The translations under genes and the position numbers were made by a program. DNA of 64,000 bases. Source: Gaiellaceae bacterium. Lineage in GTDB: Bacteria > Actinomycetota > Thermoleophilia > Gaiellales > Gaiellaceae. How positions within the stretch are numbered: the stretch's first letter is position 1; each line of letters starts with the position of its first letter. The stretch covers positions 42,408 to 106,407 of the forward strand of contig DATLQK010000026.1 of assembly GCA_035535195.1 (NCBI GenBank), in the 5' to 3' direction. This document shows, one piece after another, positions 1 through 9,508 of this stretch. Under the pieces are notes generated by a model that was not told the origin of the DNA, ran no database searches, and saw nothing but the letters and a program-made list of their open reading frames with translations.

Positions 1-336
1 GCCGTCCTTCAGGGTCACCTTGTCCGCGCCGACAGGCGGGGAGGCGCCGTTCACCTTAAACACCCACCCGTTCGTGCCGCCGGCCGGGTAGCGGCCGATC
101 TGGTCGACGTACGGCCCGAAGCTCGTGGTCGTGACGTGGTAGTAGAACTCGCCTAGCAGGCTGGCGTTGTCGAGCGCGGCCATGGCGTCGTCCGCCGAGA
201 CGCGCGGCTCGGAGGCGCCGAAGATCGACGTCGTCTTTCCTTCGACCCGGACCGAGACCGACGCGGCCGCCGCCGCCGAGGCGAAGACCGCTGCCAGCGC
301 GAGAAGCGCTGCGAGCGTGCACAGAAATCGCTGCAC
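1..336 (-). CDS. DUF4430-like secreted protein, N-terminal part (3' end runs off the left edge)
   Basis: Not in the ORF track because the frame is open at the window edge. GTG at 336 is preceded by GGAAGGAGG. Hand translation VQRFLCTLAALLALAAVFASAAAAASVSVRVEGKT...YPAGGTNGWVFKVNGASPPVGADKVTLKDG shows a signal peptide plus the GW-x-[FY]-KVNG...LKDG signature I associate with DUF4430/transcobalamin-like domains. GC3 is high. Confidence 0.5.
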   Translation of the reverse strand, partial: MQRFLCTLAALLALAAVFASAAAAASVSVRVEGKTTSIFGASEPRVSADDAMAALDNASLLGEFYYHVTTTSFGPYVDQIGRYPAGGTNGWVFKVNGASPPVGADKVTLKDG

Positions 337-539
337 GAATCCTCCTTCCGCGAGGGGTTCGAATGCCTGGCGGGGCGGCAGGTCTTCTGACTCGGGGCGC
401 CCTCCCGATCCGCCTTCCCGGCCGTGGCCAGTGGCAGCGTGGAGCGGGAGCGTCTCCCCTCACAGCGGCGGGACCGTCCCGGACTCGCACCGGGTTCCCT
501 CACCGCCTCGCCTTCTTGTCGGCCCTATGATGGCACGCC

Positions 540-908
540 GTGCCTCGGGTCGTGTCGCTCTGGCTGCCGGTGGTCGCCTGGGCAGCGGTCATCTTCGCGC
601 TCTCGTCGATCCCCGGGCTCGGCACCGGCTTCGGCGTCTGGGACCTGATCCTGCGGAAGCTCGCGCACGCGCTCGCCTACGCGATCCTCGGCCTCTTGCT
701 GGTGCGCGCGCTGCGCAACCCGCCTGCCGCGTTCCTGCTCGGCGTCGCCTACGGCGTCACGGACGAGATTCACCAGCACTTCGTCGCGGACCGGCACGGG
801 ACGCCGGTCGACGTCGTGATCGACGCGGTGGGTGTTGCTATCGGCGTCTTCGCAGCCGCACGGCTGAGTACCATTTCGAGCCATGAACGGGCCGAAGGAC
901 GTCGGTGA
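540..908 (+). CDS. VanZ-like family membrane protein
   Basis: ORF track 122 aa with a GTG start. Four hydrophobic helices and a VanZ-like pattern (KLAHALAY..LGLLL.RAL ... YGVTDEIHQHFV.DR). TATGAT lies 8 nt upstream of the start and there is no SD, so the gene may be leaderless. Confidence 0.7.
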   Translation: MPRVVSLWLPVVAWAAVIFALSSIPGLGTGFGVWDLILRKLAHALAYAILGLLLVRALRNPPAAFLLGVAYGVTDEIHQHFVADRHGTPVDVVIDAVGVAIGVFAAARLSTISSHERAEGRR

Positions 909-1107
909 CCGGCAGCTCGACGCGCTCCTCGAGCGCCTCGACCGCCTGACCGCGGAGCTCCAGGGCTTGAACCGCCGCCTCGACAGCGGGGAGAACCTCG
1001 CGCCGGTCGTCCGCGAGCTGGCGCTGCTGAACGAGTCGCTGTCGGCGCTCGCCTACGCCTCGCTCGGGCAGCAGGGGCCTCAGGTCCGCCGGCGCCGCGC
1101 GGGCTAG
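883..1107 (+). CDS. hypothetical small coiled-coil protein
   Basis: ORF track 74 aa with strong GC3 bias and a heptad-like stretch LDALLERLDRLTAELQGLNRRLD. No family recognised. It overlaps the vanZ-like end by 26 nt. Confidence 0.45.
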   Translation: MNGPKDVGDRQLDALLERLDRLTAELQGLNRRLDSGENLAPVVRELALLNESLSALAYASLGQQGPQVRRRRAG

Positions 1108-2171
1108 CCCGGCGCCAGCTTCCAGAGGCGGCCGTCGAGCGTGACCGCGTAGAGCTCGCCGCTTCCGTCCTGCCCGAACGACGAGATGCCGCCGAGCCGG
1201 AACGACTCCGTGCGCGCGCTCCGGGCGCGCCCGCCGACGACTCGCAGCGTGCGGATCTTGCCGCTGCAGTTGTCGCCGTAGAAGTAGCGCCCGACCGCCG
1301 CGGGCACCGACGTCCCGCGGTAGACGAAGCCGCCCGTGACGGCGCAGTCGTCGCCGCCGAGCGAGTACGTGGTGATCGGGAAGACGAGCCTGCCGCGCGG
1401 GTTCCGCGGCTTCGCCTCATAGCGCGCGCGACCCTCGTAGACGTCCCAGCCGTAGTTCTCGAGGCCGGGACTGCGCCGGCGGGTGAAGTCGACCTCCTCG
1501 AACGAGTTCTGACCGACGTCGCCGATGTAGAGGTCGCGCGTCCTGCGGTCGAACGAGAAGCGCCAGGGGTTCCGGAGGCCGTACCCGACGGTCTGCCAGC
1601 GGGCGCCGCGCTGGTCGACGTTGATCGCGAGCAGCTTCCCGAACTTCGAGCCGAGGTTCTGCGCCCGGTTCTCGGGGTCGCCGCCGGCGCCGCCGTCGCC
1701 GGTTCCGGCGTAGAGGCGCCCGTCCGGGCCGAACATCAGCTGGCCGCCGTTGTGGTTCGAGTACGGATCCTGGAGGTTGAGCAGCGTCCGGACCGCCCGG
1801 GAGCCGCGGTACTCGACGATCCGGTTGGCCGGCGCGGTGTAGTAGACGAAGAAGCGCTTGTTCTGCGCGAAGCGCGGATGGAACGCGACGGAGAGCAGCC
1901 CCTGCTCGCCGCAGCAGACGACCCGGCTGCGAATGTCGAGCAGCGTGCCGACGGCGCGCCCGTTCCGGACGATCCGAATCCGGCCGGGCTGCTCGACGAC
2001 GTACAGCCGGTCGGTGACGCCGTTCGGCGTCGTCACGTGGACGGGCTGGTCGAAGCCGGAGCCGATCTGGACAAAGCGGTAGCCCGGGGCCGCCGCAGGA
2101 GCGGTAGCCGAGGAAAGGCCCGCGCCGAGCACCCCGGCGAGGCCGAGCAAGACGAGCAGCCGACCCCTCAC
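1104..2171 (-). CDS. PQQ-dependent sugar (glucose/sorbosone) dehydrogenase family protein, secreted
   Basis: 355 aa with signal peptide MRGRLLVLLGLAGVLGAGLSSATA. Beta-propeller SGDH hallmarks: CCGEQGLLSVAFHP, SNHNGGQLMFGPDGRLY, GLRNPWRFSFD, DVGQNSFEEV. Confidence 0.85.
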   Translation of the reverse strand: MRGRLLVLLGLAGVLGAGLSSATAPAAAPGYRFVQIGSGFDQPVHVTTPNGVTDRLYVVEQPGRIRIVRNGRAVGTLLDIRSRVVCCGEQGLLSVAFHPRFAQNKRFFVYYTAPANRIVEYRGSRAVRTLLNLQDPYSNHNGGQLMFGPDGRLYAGTGDGGAGGDPENRAQNLGSKFGKLLAINVDQRGARWQTVGYGLRNPWRFSFDRRTRDLYIGDVGQNSFEEVDFTRRRSPGLENYGWDVYEGRARYEAKPRNPRGRLVFPITTYSLGGDDCAVTGGFVYRGTSVPAAVGRYFYGDNCSGKIRTLRVVGGRARSARTESFRLGGISSFGQDGSGELYAVTLDGRLWKLAPG

Positions 2172-2833
2172 TGCTTCTTCAGCAGCACCTTTCGGAGCTC
2201 GTCTTCCTTGCCCGACTCGAGCACTGCCAGAACCTGGTCACCGGCCTGGAGCTCGGTCGCCCCGTCGGCCATCTGCGCCTGGCCCTCGCGCATGACCGTG
2301 ATCAGCCGCGAGCCGGCGGGCAGCGTGAGCCCGCTCACAGCCTTGCCCACGCAGGGCGAGTCGGCGTCGAGCTGGACCTCGACGATCTCGAGGTTCTCCT
2401 TCCGCAGCTCGAGCAGGTGGATCAGGCCGTGCTCGGGCACCTCGTGCTCGATCATCGCGAGGATGATCGACGTCGCGGAGATCGTCGGCGAGATGCCCAG
2501 CAGGTCGAAGTGGGGCTGGTTGCGCGGGTCGTTCACGCGCGCGATCACCTTCTCGACGCCGTATTTCTCCTTGGCGATCTGGCAGATGATCATGTTGTCC
2601 TCGTCGTCGCCGGTGACGGCCACGACAAGGTCCGGCGGGCGTGCGAGCCCCGCCCGCTCGAGGACGAAGAGCTCGGTGGCGTCGCCGAGCTGACCGCGGT
2701 GCTCGAACTCCTCCTCCAGCATCTCGAAGCGATCGCGGCGCTGCTCGATCAGCGTGACCTCGTGCCCGAGGTCGAGCACGCTGCGCGTGAGATTGGCGCC
2801 GACCTTGCCGCCGCCCGCGATCACGATGTACAT
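2168..2833 (-). CDS. trkA: Trk-type K+ uptake regulatory protein (RCK: TrkA-N + TrkA-C)
   Basis: The ORF track frame 2168..2926 carries an implausible N-terminal extension. The internal start MYIVIAGGGKVGANLTRSVL (Rossmann GxGxxG) at 2833 abuts the upstream gene. The C-terminal TrkA-C-like region reads VEVQLDADSPCVGKAVSGL. Confidence 0.85.
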   Translation of the reverse strand: MYIVIAGGGKVGANLTRSVLDLGHEVTLIEQRRDRFEMLEEEFEHRGQLGDATELFVLERAGLARPPDLVVAVTGDDEDNMIICQIAKEKYGVEKVIARVNDPRNQPHFDLLGISPTISATSIILAMIEHEVPEHGLIHLLELRKENLEIVEVQLDADSPCVGKAVSGLTLPAGSRLITVMREGQAQMADGATELQAGDQVLAVLESGKEDELRKVLLKKQ

Positions 2834-2835
2834 GG

Positions 2836-3264
2836 TTATGTCGGGGCTCCCGCCGTGTCCCCGATGGACGAGTTGACCGCCTGCGTCAGGGTCTCGATCG
2901 CGGTCTTCGTCGGACAGACCGTCCACAGCCCGAGGTGCTGGTAGAGGTCAGCGCGAGCCGGATCGAGCACGCGAATCACCGTCTTGTCGATCCTGAAGCG
3001 CTTCTGGGCGAGCTGGCCGATCACGAGGTTCGTGTTGTCGCCGTCCGTCGCGACGACGACGGCGTCGGCATCCTCGATCCCGGCCCGTTCGAGGATCGCC
3101 ATGTCCATACCGTGGCCGACGACGAAGCCGCCGGACCAGTGCTCGCCGAGACGGTGGAGGGCGTCCTCCTTCTCGTCGATCGCGGTCACCTCCCAGCCGA
3201 GCCGGTCGAGCTCCAGGGCGACCGCCGAACCGACTCTCCCGCAGCCGATCACCAGCGCTTTCAT
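2836..3264 (-). CDS. trkA: Trk-type K+ uptake regulatory protein (TrkA-N domain only)
   Basis: 142 aa starting MKALVIGCGRVGSAVALELDRLGWEVTAID, an NAD-binding RCK N domain. It sits in tandem with the previous gene, as in actinobacterial ceoB/ceoC-type pairs. Confidence 0.85.
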   Translation of the reverse strand: MKALVIGCGRVGSAVALELDRLGWEVTAIDEKEDALHRLGEHWSGGFVVGHGMDMAILERAGIEDADAVVVATDGDNTNLVIGQLAQKRFRIDKTVIRVLDPARADLYQHLGLWTVCPTKTAIETLTQAVNSSIGDTAGAPT

Positions 3265-3283
3265 TGGGCCTCAGATTAGCGAG

Positions 3284-5218
3284 TCAGACAGTCGATACCG
3301 CTTCGTCGACTTCCTCCTCCAACAGGCCCTGCGGATAGGCGATCACCATCACCTCGCAGGGCGCATGGCGGAGCACGTAGTCGACCGTTGGACTGAAGAA
3401 TCGAGACTGGCGGCGCCACCTGGGGGACGAGCCCATCACGATCAGGTCGGCGTCGTGAGTCTTCGCCTCGTCGACGATCGCCTCGCCGAGCGCCCGGCCG
3501 CGCACGATGCGTCCTTTTACGGTGACGCCATGCTCGGCCGCAAGGAGCTTCGCCTCCGCGAGTGAGGCCTCTGCGCGCTCCTCGGCCTCGTACATCGTCG
3601 CGTCGAGCGCTTTCTCCATCGGCACCGCGATCACGTGGAGGGCGTCGATCGTGCAGCCCCGCTCCTCGGCGAGCTTGATCGACGTCGCCAGCACCTCCTC
3701 CCCGATCGGGCCGAGCTTCATCGGGACAAGGATGCGCTCATAGACGCCCTCCAGCTCGGGCACAAGGTCCGGCTCGGGCGGCGTGACGTGACCCCAGATG
3801 CTCTCGTTCTGCGCGATGCGCGTGGAGAGGTAGACGGCGGCGCCGACGAGCAGCCACAGCGGCCCCGCGATCCTCGTCTCCTCGTGCGTGACCAGCGCGA
3901 TCACCCAGATCGCGATCGTGAGCGGCGTCCCGATCAGGGCCGCCACGGGAACCTCGGCGCCGCGGATCCTCACGTTCACGGAGGCGCGGAAGGGCCGCTC
4001 GAGCTCCGGCTTCGAGAAGCGGAGCTTGATCACGGCGAGCTGTGCCGCGGTGAACGCAAGCAGCACGCCGAAGCTGAAGAGACCGGCGAGCATCCGCACC
4101 TGCGCCGACGACTGGGAGGCGAGGATCAGCAGACCGCACGAGATCACCGCCGAGCCGACGATCGCCGCAGGCGCGATCAGCGTCCGGCGGTTCAGCGTGC
4201 CGAAGGTGTGCGGCAGCATGCCGTGCTGGCCGAGCGAGTAGGCGAGCCGCCCCGCGCCCGAGATCGAGGTCGTGATCGCGACGACGAGGACGAGCGTGCC
4301 GGTGAGTCCGACGACGATGCGGACGACGTCCGCGAGGAGCGACGGCAGCGGGTCCTCGAGCGCCGCGGAGATGCCCATCAGCGGCGCGCGCAGCCAGGTC
4401 GTCCCGAGATCGCTCGCGTAGCCGCCGGGTCCGGACGGGTCGGGATGGGCCGGGTAGGCCGAGATGCCGACGACGGCGATCGCCACCGACACCGCCACGA
4501 CGAGCCCGATCCCTGCGAACAAGCTGCGCGGCAGCGTCCTCCCCGGCTCGCGCGTCTCCGCCGCCAGGTTGGCGACGGTCTCGAGGCCGGTGTAGGCGAG
4601 CATCGCGAGCGGGAGGGCGAAGCCGATCGAGCTCCAGGTCGGCGCCGTGCCGAGGTCGACGCCCTTCGTGAGCGCGTCGAGGTCGAAGAGGAAGACGAAG
4701 CCGAGCACGACCAGCAGGAGATGCGAGGCCAGTGCGACCGCCGCGATCACCACCGCGGTCCTGTAGAGACTCGTCCGCCGCACGAGCCGCGTGCCGGCCA
4801 CGGCGAGGATCACGCAGACGCCGAGGACGGTGTCCCATGGCGAGCGCGTGATCGACTCCCAGCCGAAGGTGTTGCCGATGTAGTGCGGGACGAACAGGCC
4901 CGCCAGCGCCATCACGATCAGGTAGTCGAGGACGAGCGCCCAGCCGGTGACGAACCCGGCCGGGTCGTTGAAGGCGTGGCGGACGAAGGTGGCGGCGCCG
5001 CCGGTTTCCGGAATCGCCGCCGTGCCCTCCGCGTACGAGAGGGCAACGAGCAGGAAGAGGATCCCGACGGCGAGCAGCACCCACGGCGTGAACCCGAGCG
5101 CGAAGAGGGCGATGATGCCGAGCGCGAAGTAGAGCGACGACGCGATCTCCCCATAGGCAACCGCCGCCAGCGACGGGACGTCGAGAACTCGCTCGAGACC
5201 AGTCAGCTTCCTCGCCAT
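3284..5218 (-). CDS. APC-superfamily amino-acid/polyamine permease fused to a C-terminal universal stress protein (USP) domain
   Basis: 644 aa. The N-terminal roughly 480 aa are polytopic and permease-like (GEIASSLYFALG, AYTGLETVANLAAETREP). The C-terminal USP fold reads ILVPMKLGPIGEE...HDADLIVMGSSPRWRRQSRFFSPTVDYVLRHAPCEVMVI. Confidence 0.85.
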   Translation of the reverse strand: MARKLTGLERVLDVPSLAAVAYGEIASSLYFALGIIALFALGFTPWVLLAVGILFLLVALSYAEGTAAIPETGGAATFVRHAFNDPAGFVTGWALVLDYLIVMALAGLFVPHYIGNTFGWESITRSPWDTVLGVCVILAVAGTRLVRRTSLYRTAVVIAAVALASHLLLVVLGFVFLFDLDALTKGVDLGTAPTWSSIGFALPLAMLAYTGLETVANLAAETREPGRTLPRSLFAGIGLVVAVSVAIAVVGISAYPAHPDPSGPGGYASDLGTTWLRAPLMGISAALEDPLPSLLADVVRIVVGLTGTLVLVVAITTSISGAGRLAYSLGQHGMLPHTFGTLNRRTLIAPAAIVGSAVISCGLLILASQSSAQVRMLAGLFSFGVLLAFTAAQLAVIKLRFSKPELERPFRASVNVRIRGAEVPVAALIGTPLTIAIWVIALVTHEETRIAGPLWLLVGAAVYLSTRIAQNESIWGHVTPPEPDLVPELEGVYERILVPMKLGPIGEEVLATSIKLAEERGCTIDALHVIAVPMEKALDATMYEAEERAEASLAEAKLLAAEHGVTVKGRIVRGRALGEAIVDEAKTHDADLIVMGSSPRWRRQSRFFSPTVDYVLRHAPCEVMVIAYPQGLLEEEVDEAVSTV

Positions 5219-5382
5219 CAGGGCCTCTGTCGCTGGAGGTAGAGGCGGAGGCCGCCGGCGAGCACGAACAGCGAGCCCAGCAGCAACCCGAGGCCGCCGC
5301 CGACGCCGGCCGCCAGGGTGCGGACGATAATCGCGAGCCCGATGACCACCAGGATGGCGGAGAAAACGGTCGTGGCGGTCAC
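5218..5382 (-). CDS. small two-helix membrane protein (54 aa), translationally coupled on both sides
   Basis: Hand-read: VTATTVFSAILVVIGLAIIVRTLAAGVGGGLGLLLGSLFVLAGGLRLYLQRQRP. The GTG at 5382 overlaps the TGA of the upstream permease (GTGA). Its own TGA overlaps the ATG of the downstream permease (ATGA). GC3 is high. The track shows it only as the tail of a spurious 590-aa frame. Confidence 0.4.
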   Translation of the reverse strand: MTATTVFSAILVVIGLAIIVRTLAAGVGGGLGLLLGSLFVLAGGLRLYLQRQRP

Positions 5383-7271
5383 GCCGCCCGTTTCCCGGCG
5401 GCGATCAGCACGCGGGTGGTGGCGTGCTTGACGACGTAGTCGACCGTCCCGCCAAAGATCCGTCCGCGACGGAGCCGGGGCCGCGGCGCCCCGATCACGA
5501 TCAGCTCCGCCTGCCGTCGTTCGGCCTCCTGGACGATTTCCGGGCCTGCCGTGCGTGCGCGTAGCAGGCGGACGACGGCCCGCACGCCGTAGCTCTCGAC
5601 GATCGCAGCCGACTGGTCGAGGATGTCGTCCGCCTCCGCCTCGATGTCCGGGAGATCGACGTCGAGCGGGAGGTCGAGCGGCACTTCGATCACGTGGATG
5701 ACCGCGACCCGCGCCCGGCGCTCGTCCGCCAGCCGAGCCGCGGCCACGAGCGCCTCCTCGGACTCGGCCGAGCGCGTCACCGGCACGACGATTGTCCGGT
5801 ATTCGACCGTCAGGGACGGTCCGAGGATCATCACCGGCGCGCGGACGGTGGCGGTCAGCGGCTCGCGGACGAAGCGACGCCGGTAGATCGCGTAGGCGAT
5901 GAACCCGAAGACGAGCCAGGCGAAACCGGCCCATCGGGTCACCGGCTCCTGGAGCACGATCACCAACCATGCGATCAGGGTGCCGATTCCGCCGATCACG
6001 GCGAAGATCGGCCAGTCGACGCCGCGGAACCAGAGGTTCGGCCGGGCCCTGTACGCGAGCTCCGTGTCCGGCCGCCGATAGCGCAGCGCCACCATCGACG
6101 CGTGGGCGACCGTGAACGACAGCGTCGCGCCGAATGCGTACATCGTCCCGAGGAAGTCCGTCTGCCCCGGCAGGATCACGATCATCGGGATCACGCCGGC
6201 AAAGATGACGAGCGCGACCCACGGCGTCTTGAAGCGCGGGTGCAGCCGCCGGAAGCCGAGGGGCAGCTGCCGGTAGCCGGACATCGCGTACGTGATCCGC
6301 GAGGCGCCGATCACGCCGGCGTTCGTGGCGATGAAGAGGATCGTCGCGGCGAGGACACCGACGTAGATCTCCAGCCCGTTCAGGAGCGGTCCTTCCTCGA
6401 GCCCGAGATTCTTCACGACACCGAGCACCGGGTCGTTCGTGAAGCCGCCCTGGTCCGGGGGCAGCCCGAGCTTCGTCACGTACTCGCCGCCCTGCTGCAC
6501 GACGGGCAGCGCCGAGAGGGCCACCAGCGGGAGGGTGAAGTAGATCACGAAGACCGCCGCCGCGATCAGCTTGTACGCCATCGGGACGTTCCTCGGCGGG
6601 TCGCGGACCTCTTCGGCGAGGTTCGAGACGGTCTCGACCCCGGTGTACGCGAGCATCGCGACAGGAATCGCGATGAAGAATTGGCTCCAGGTGGGCGCGA
6701 CGCCGAGGTCGACGTTCGCGCGCAGGATGTCCACGTTGAAGACGAGCACGAAGCCGATCGCGACGAGCAGTGCCTGCGTCGCGAAGTCGATCACCGCGAG
6801 GAAGACGTTGAGGGTGGCGGCCTCCTGAACGCCGATGATGTTGATGCCGACGAGGATCGCGACGACGACGACCCCGCCGACGACGTCCCACGGATTCTCC
6901 CGGAGCGGGTCCCAGAAGACCGAGAGGTAGTGCGGGACGAAGAACGCCGAGATCGCGACGGTGGCGACGTAGACGAGCATCTGCGACCACGCGGCCCCGA
7001 AGCTCGCGAGCTCGTTGAAGGCGTGCCGGGCGAAGCTGGACGAGCCGCCCGCCTCCGGGTAGCGGACCGTTCCCTCGGCGTAGGTGGCCGCGGTGGCGGC
7101 GAAGATCAGGCCGGCGATGACGAAGACGACGGGCGTGAGCCCGAGCGCGAACGCCGCCGTGACGCCGAGCGCGTAGTAGATCGAGGAGCCGACGTTGCCG
7201 TACGCCGTGGCGAAGAGCGCGGGCGTGCCGAGCACCCGCTCCAGGCCCTGCTGCCGCCGCCTTCTCGGCAC
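5379..7271 (-). CDS. APC-superfamily permease fused to a C-terminal USP domain (paralogue of 3284..5218)
   Basis: 630 aa with the same architecture (GNVGSSIYYALG, AYTGVETVSNLAEEVRDP). C-terminal USP: IVVPVTRSAESEEAL...ELIVIGAPRPRLRRGRIFGGTVDYVVKHATTRVLIA. Confidence 0.85.
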   Translation of the reverse strand: MPRRRRQQGLERVLGTPALFATAYGNVGSSIYYALGVTAAFALGLTPVVFVIAGLIFAATAATYAEGTVRYPEAGGSSSFARHAFNELASFGAAWSQMLVYVATVAISAFFVPHYLSVFWDPLRENPWDVVGGVVVVAILVGINIIGVQEAATLNVFLAVIDFATQALLVAIGFVLVFNVDILRANVDLGVAPTWSQFFIAIPVAMLAYTGVETVSNLAEEVRDPPRNVPMAYKLIAAAVFVIYFTLPLVALSALPVVQQGGEYVTKLGLPPDQGGFTNDPVLGVVKNLGLEEGPLLNGLEIYVGVLAATILFIATNAGVIGASRITYAMSGYRQLPLGFRRLHPRFKTPWVALVIFAGVIPMIVILPGQTDFLGTMYAFGATLSFTVAHASMVALRYRRPDTELAYRARPNLWFRGVDWPIFAVIGGIGTLIAWLVIVLQEPVTRWAGFAWLVFGFIAYAIYRRRFVREPLTATVRAPVMILGPSLTVEYRTIVVPVTRSAESEEALVAAARLADERRARVAVIHVIEVPLDLPLDVDLPDIEAEADDILDQSAAIVESYGVRAVVRLLRARTAGPEIVQEAERRQAELIVIGAPRPRLRRGRIFGGTVDYVVKHATTRVLIAAGKRAA

Positions 7272-7312
7272 CGCTGGACTCTACTCAGCCGGGCCGGACC
7301 CTCCCGCGCGGA

Positions 7313-7344
7313 CATGACGAGTGTCTGACACCCGTCGTGGCTCG
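7313..7344. repeat. REP-like imperfect palindrome (singleton copy of the 34.7-kb repeat family)
   Basis: CATGACGAGTGTC-T-GACACCCGTCGTGGCTCG. The arms ATGACGAGTGTC and GACACCCGTCGT pair over 12 positions with one mismatch and one wobble. It shares the GACACCCGTCGTGG core with the repeats at 34687-34805. It lies in the intergenic gap between the permease and hppA. Confidence 0.5.
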
Positions 7345-7376
7345 TCCAGGCGGTGATCGGGGTCGGCCAGGCGCGA

Positions 7377-9347
7377 TCAGCCGTGGATGCTGACGATCAG
7401 CGGGATGATCAGGATCGCGACGATGTTCGTGATCTTGATCATCGGGTTGATCGCCGGTCCGGCCGTGTCCTTGTAGGGATCCCCGACGGTGTCGCCCGTG
7501 ACCGCGGCCGCATGGGCGTCCGAGCCCTTGCCGCCGTAGGCGCCGTCCTCGATCAGCTTCTTCGCGTTGTCCCAGGCGCCGCCGCCCGAGGTCATCGCGA
7601 TCGCGAGGAAGATGCCGGTGACGATCGTGCCGATCAGCAGGCCGCCCAGCATCTCCGGGCTGATGATCCCGACGACGATCGGGAAGATCACGGGGATCAG
7701 GCTCGGCAGCATCATGTTCTTGATCGCGGCGCCGGTGACGATGTCCACGGCGCGGCTGTAGTCGGGGCGGCCCGTGCCTTCGAGGATGCCGGGGATCTCC
7801 CGGAACTGGCGGCGCACTTCCTCCACCACCTGTCCGCCGACGCGCCCGACCGCCTGCATCGCGAGCGACGAGAAGAGGAACGGCATCAGCCCGCCGATGA
7901 AGAGGCCGGCGATCACCCAGGCGTCGTTGAGCATGAACGTGACGCTGAGACCGCGGTCGTCGAGCTCCGTGGTGAACCCGTCGAACAGGATCAGCGCCGC
8001 GAGGCCCGCCGAGCCGATCGCGTAGCCCTTCGTGACGGCCTTCGTCGTGTTCCCGACCGCATCGAGCGGGTCTGTGACGGCGCGCACGGACTCGTCGAGC
8101 TCGGCCATCTCGGCGATGCCGCCGGCGTTGTCCGTGACCGGGCCGTACGCGTCGAGGGCGACGATCAAGCCGGTCATCGCGAGCTGCGCCATCACGGCGA
8201 CACCGACGCCGAAGAGGCCTTCCAGCTTGTACGCGCCGATGATCGCCACCGCGATCACGACCACGGGAGCGGCCGTCGCCTGCATCCCGATCGCGAGGCC
8301 TTCGATGATGTTCGTGGCGTGGCCGGTGAGCGAGGCGCGCGAGATGCCCTTGACCGGGTTCCAGCGCGTCCCGGTGTAGTACTCGGTGATCGCGACGAGC
8401 AGGAAGGTGACGCCGAGGCCGATCAGCGTGCAACCGTAGAGGTTCCAGAACGGGAAGCGGTCGCTGTCGAACGCGGCCGTGACCGGGATGAAGAGCAGCG
8501 CCGACAGGATGGTGGCAACGGCGACGGCCTTGTAGAGCGCGGCCATGATCGAGCCGCCGCGGCCGACCCGCGCGAAGAACGTCCCGACGATCGAAGCGAG
8601 GATCGCGGTGCCGCCGATCACGAGCGGATACTGGACGATGTCGGTCGACGGGAAGCGCACCGCGCCGAGGAACATCACCGCGACGAGCGTGACGGCATAG
8701 GTCTCGAACAGGTCCGCGGCCATGCCGGCGCAGTCGCCGACGTTGTCGCCCACGTTGTCCGCGATCACCGCGGGGTTCCGCGGGTCGTCCTCCGGGATCC
8801 CGGCCTCGACCTTGCCGACGAGGTCGGCTCCGACGTCCGCGGCCTTCGTGTAGATGCCGCCGCCGAGTCGCGCGAAGACCGAGATCAGCGAGCCGCCGAA
8901 GGCGAGTCCGATCAGGTGCGTCGTCGCGTCCTTCTCCGACTGGTCGAAGATCTGCGTCAGCGCGCCGTAGTAGCCGGCGACGCCGAGGAGGCCGAGCCCG
9001 ACGACGAGGAGCCCGGTGACCGAGCCGGCCGTGAACGCGACCTTGAATGCCGGCGCCACCCCGCTCTTCGCCGCCTCGGCGGTCCTGACGTTCGCGCGCA
9101 CCGCGACGTTCATGCCGATGAACCCGGCGGAAGCCGACAGCACGGCGCCGATCAGGAAGCCGAAGGCGGTCCCCCAGCCGAGGTCATTCCAGAACCCGAT
9201 CGCGAGGAAGAGGACGACGGCGACGCCGGCGATGGTCGTGTACTGGCGGCGGAGGTACGCGGAGGCACCCTCCTGGACCGCCCGCGCGATCTCCTGCATG
9301 CGCTCGGTGCCCGCCGGCAAGCCGAGCAGCCACACCGTCTGGATCAC
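7377..9347 (-). CDS. hppA: membrane-bound proton/sodium-translocating pyrophosphatase
   Basis: 656 aa from the GTG at 9347. Classic H+-PPase blocks: [74 protein letters not shown]. The frame stays open 23 codons further upstream and encodes a plausible first TM helix, so the true start may be non-canonical (see findings). Confidence 0.9.
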   Translation of the reverse strand: MIQTVWLLGLPAGTERMQEIARAVQEGASAYLRRQYTTIAGVAVVLFLAIGFWNDLGWGTAFGFLIGAVLSASAGFIGMNVAVRANVRTAEAAKSGVAPAFKVAFTAGSVTGLLVVGLGLLGVAGYYGALTQIFDQSEKDATTHLIGLAFGGSLISVFARLGGGIYTKAADVGADLVGKVEAGIPEDDPRNPAVIADNVGDNVGDCAGMAADLFETYAVTLVAVMFLGAVRFPSTDIVQYPLVIGGTAILASIVGTFFARVGRGGSIMAALYKAVAVATILSALLFIPVTAAFDSDRFPFWNLYGCTLIGLGVTFLLVAITEYYTGTRWNPVKGISRASLTGHATNIIEGLAIGMQATAAPVVVIAVAIIGAYKLEGLFGVGVAVMAQLAMTGLIVALDAYGPVTDNAGGIAEMAELDESVRAVTDPLDAVGNTTKAVTKGYAIGSAGLAALILFDGFTTELDDRGLSVTFMLNDAWVIAGLFIGGLMPFLFSSLAMQAVGRVGGQVVEEVRRQFREIPGILEGTGRPDYSRAVDIVTGAAIKNMMLPSLIPVIFPIVVGIISPEMLGGLLIGTIVTGIFLAIAMTSGGGAWDNAKKLIEDGAYGGKGSDAHAAAVTGDTVGDPYKDTAGPAINPMIKITNIVAILIIPLIVSIHG

Positions 9348-9476
9348 GCCGTAGGCGACGGCGGCGCCCGCACAGACGAGCGCGATCAGTACCGGATGGT
9401 CAGCGAAGAATTCCAGCGCGATCTCCTAGTGAGGGTGATGCGCCGAACTTGGCCCCGGCGCCGCGGTTTTCTACCA

Positions 9477-9502
9477 CACCGCGGGTCGAGCCCGCCGCGG
9501 TG
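9477..9502 (-). terminator. GC-rich hairpin downstream of S8 protease 1
   Basis: CACCGCGG-(10 nt loop)-CCGCGGTG, 7 nt beyond the stop at 9509. There is no U-tract, which is common in high-GC actinobacteria. Confidence 0.4.
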
Positions 9503-9508
9503 GGAGGG

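Noticed and set aside
352-366. A GGGGTTCGAATGCC string resembling a tRNA T-loop.
   Set aside because: The flanks cannot form a T-stem (AGGGG versus GCCTG), and no acceptor or anticodon arms could be built. I found no credible tRNA in the window.
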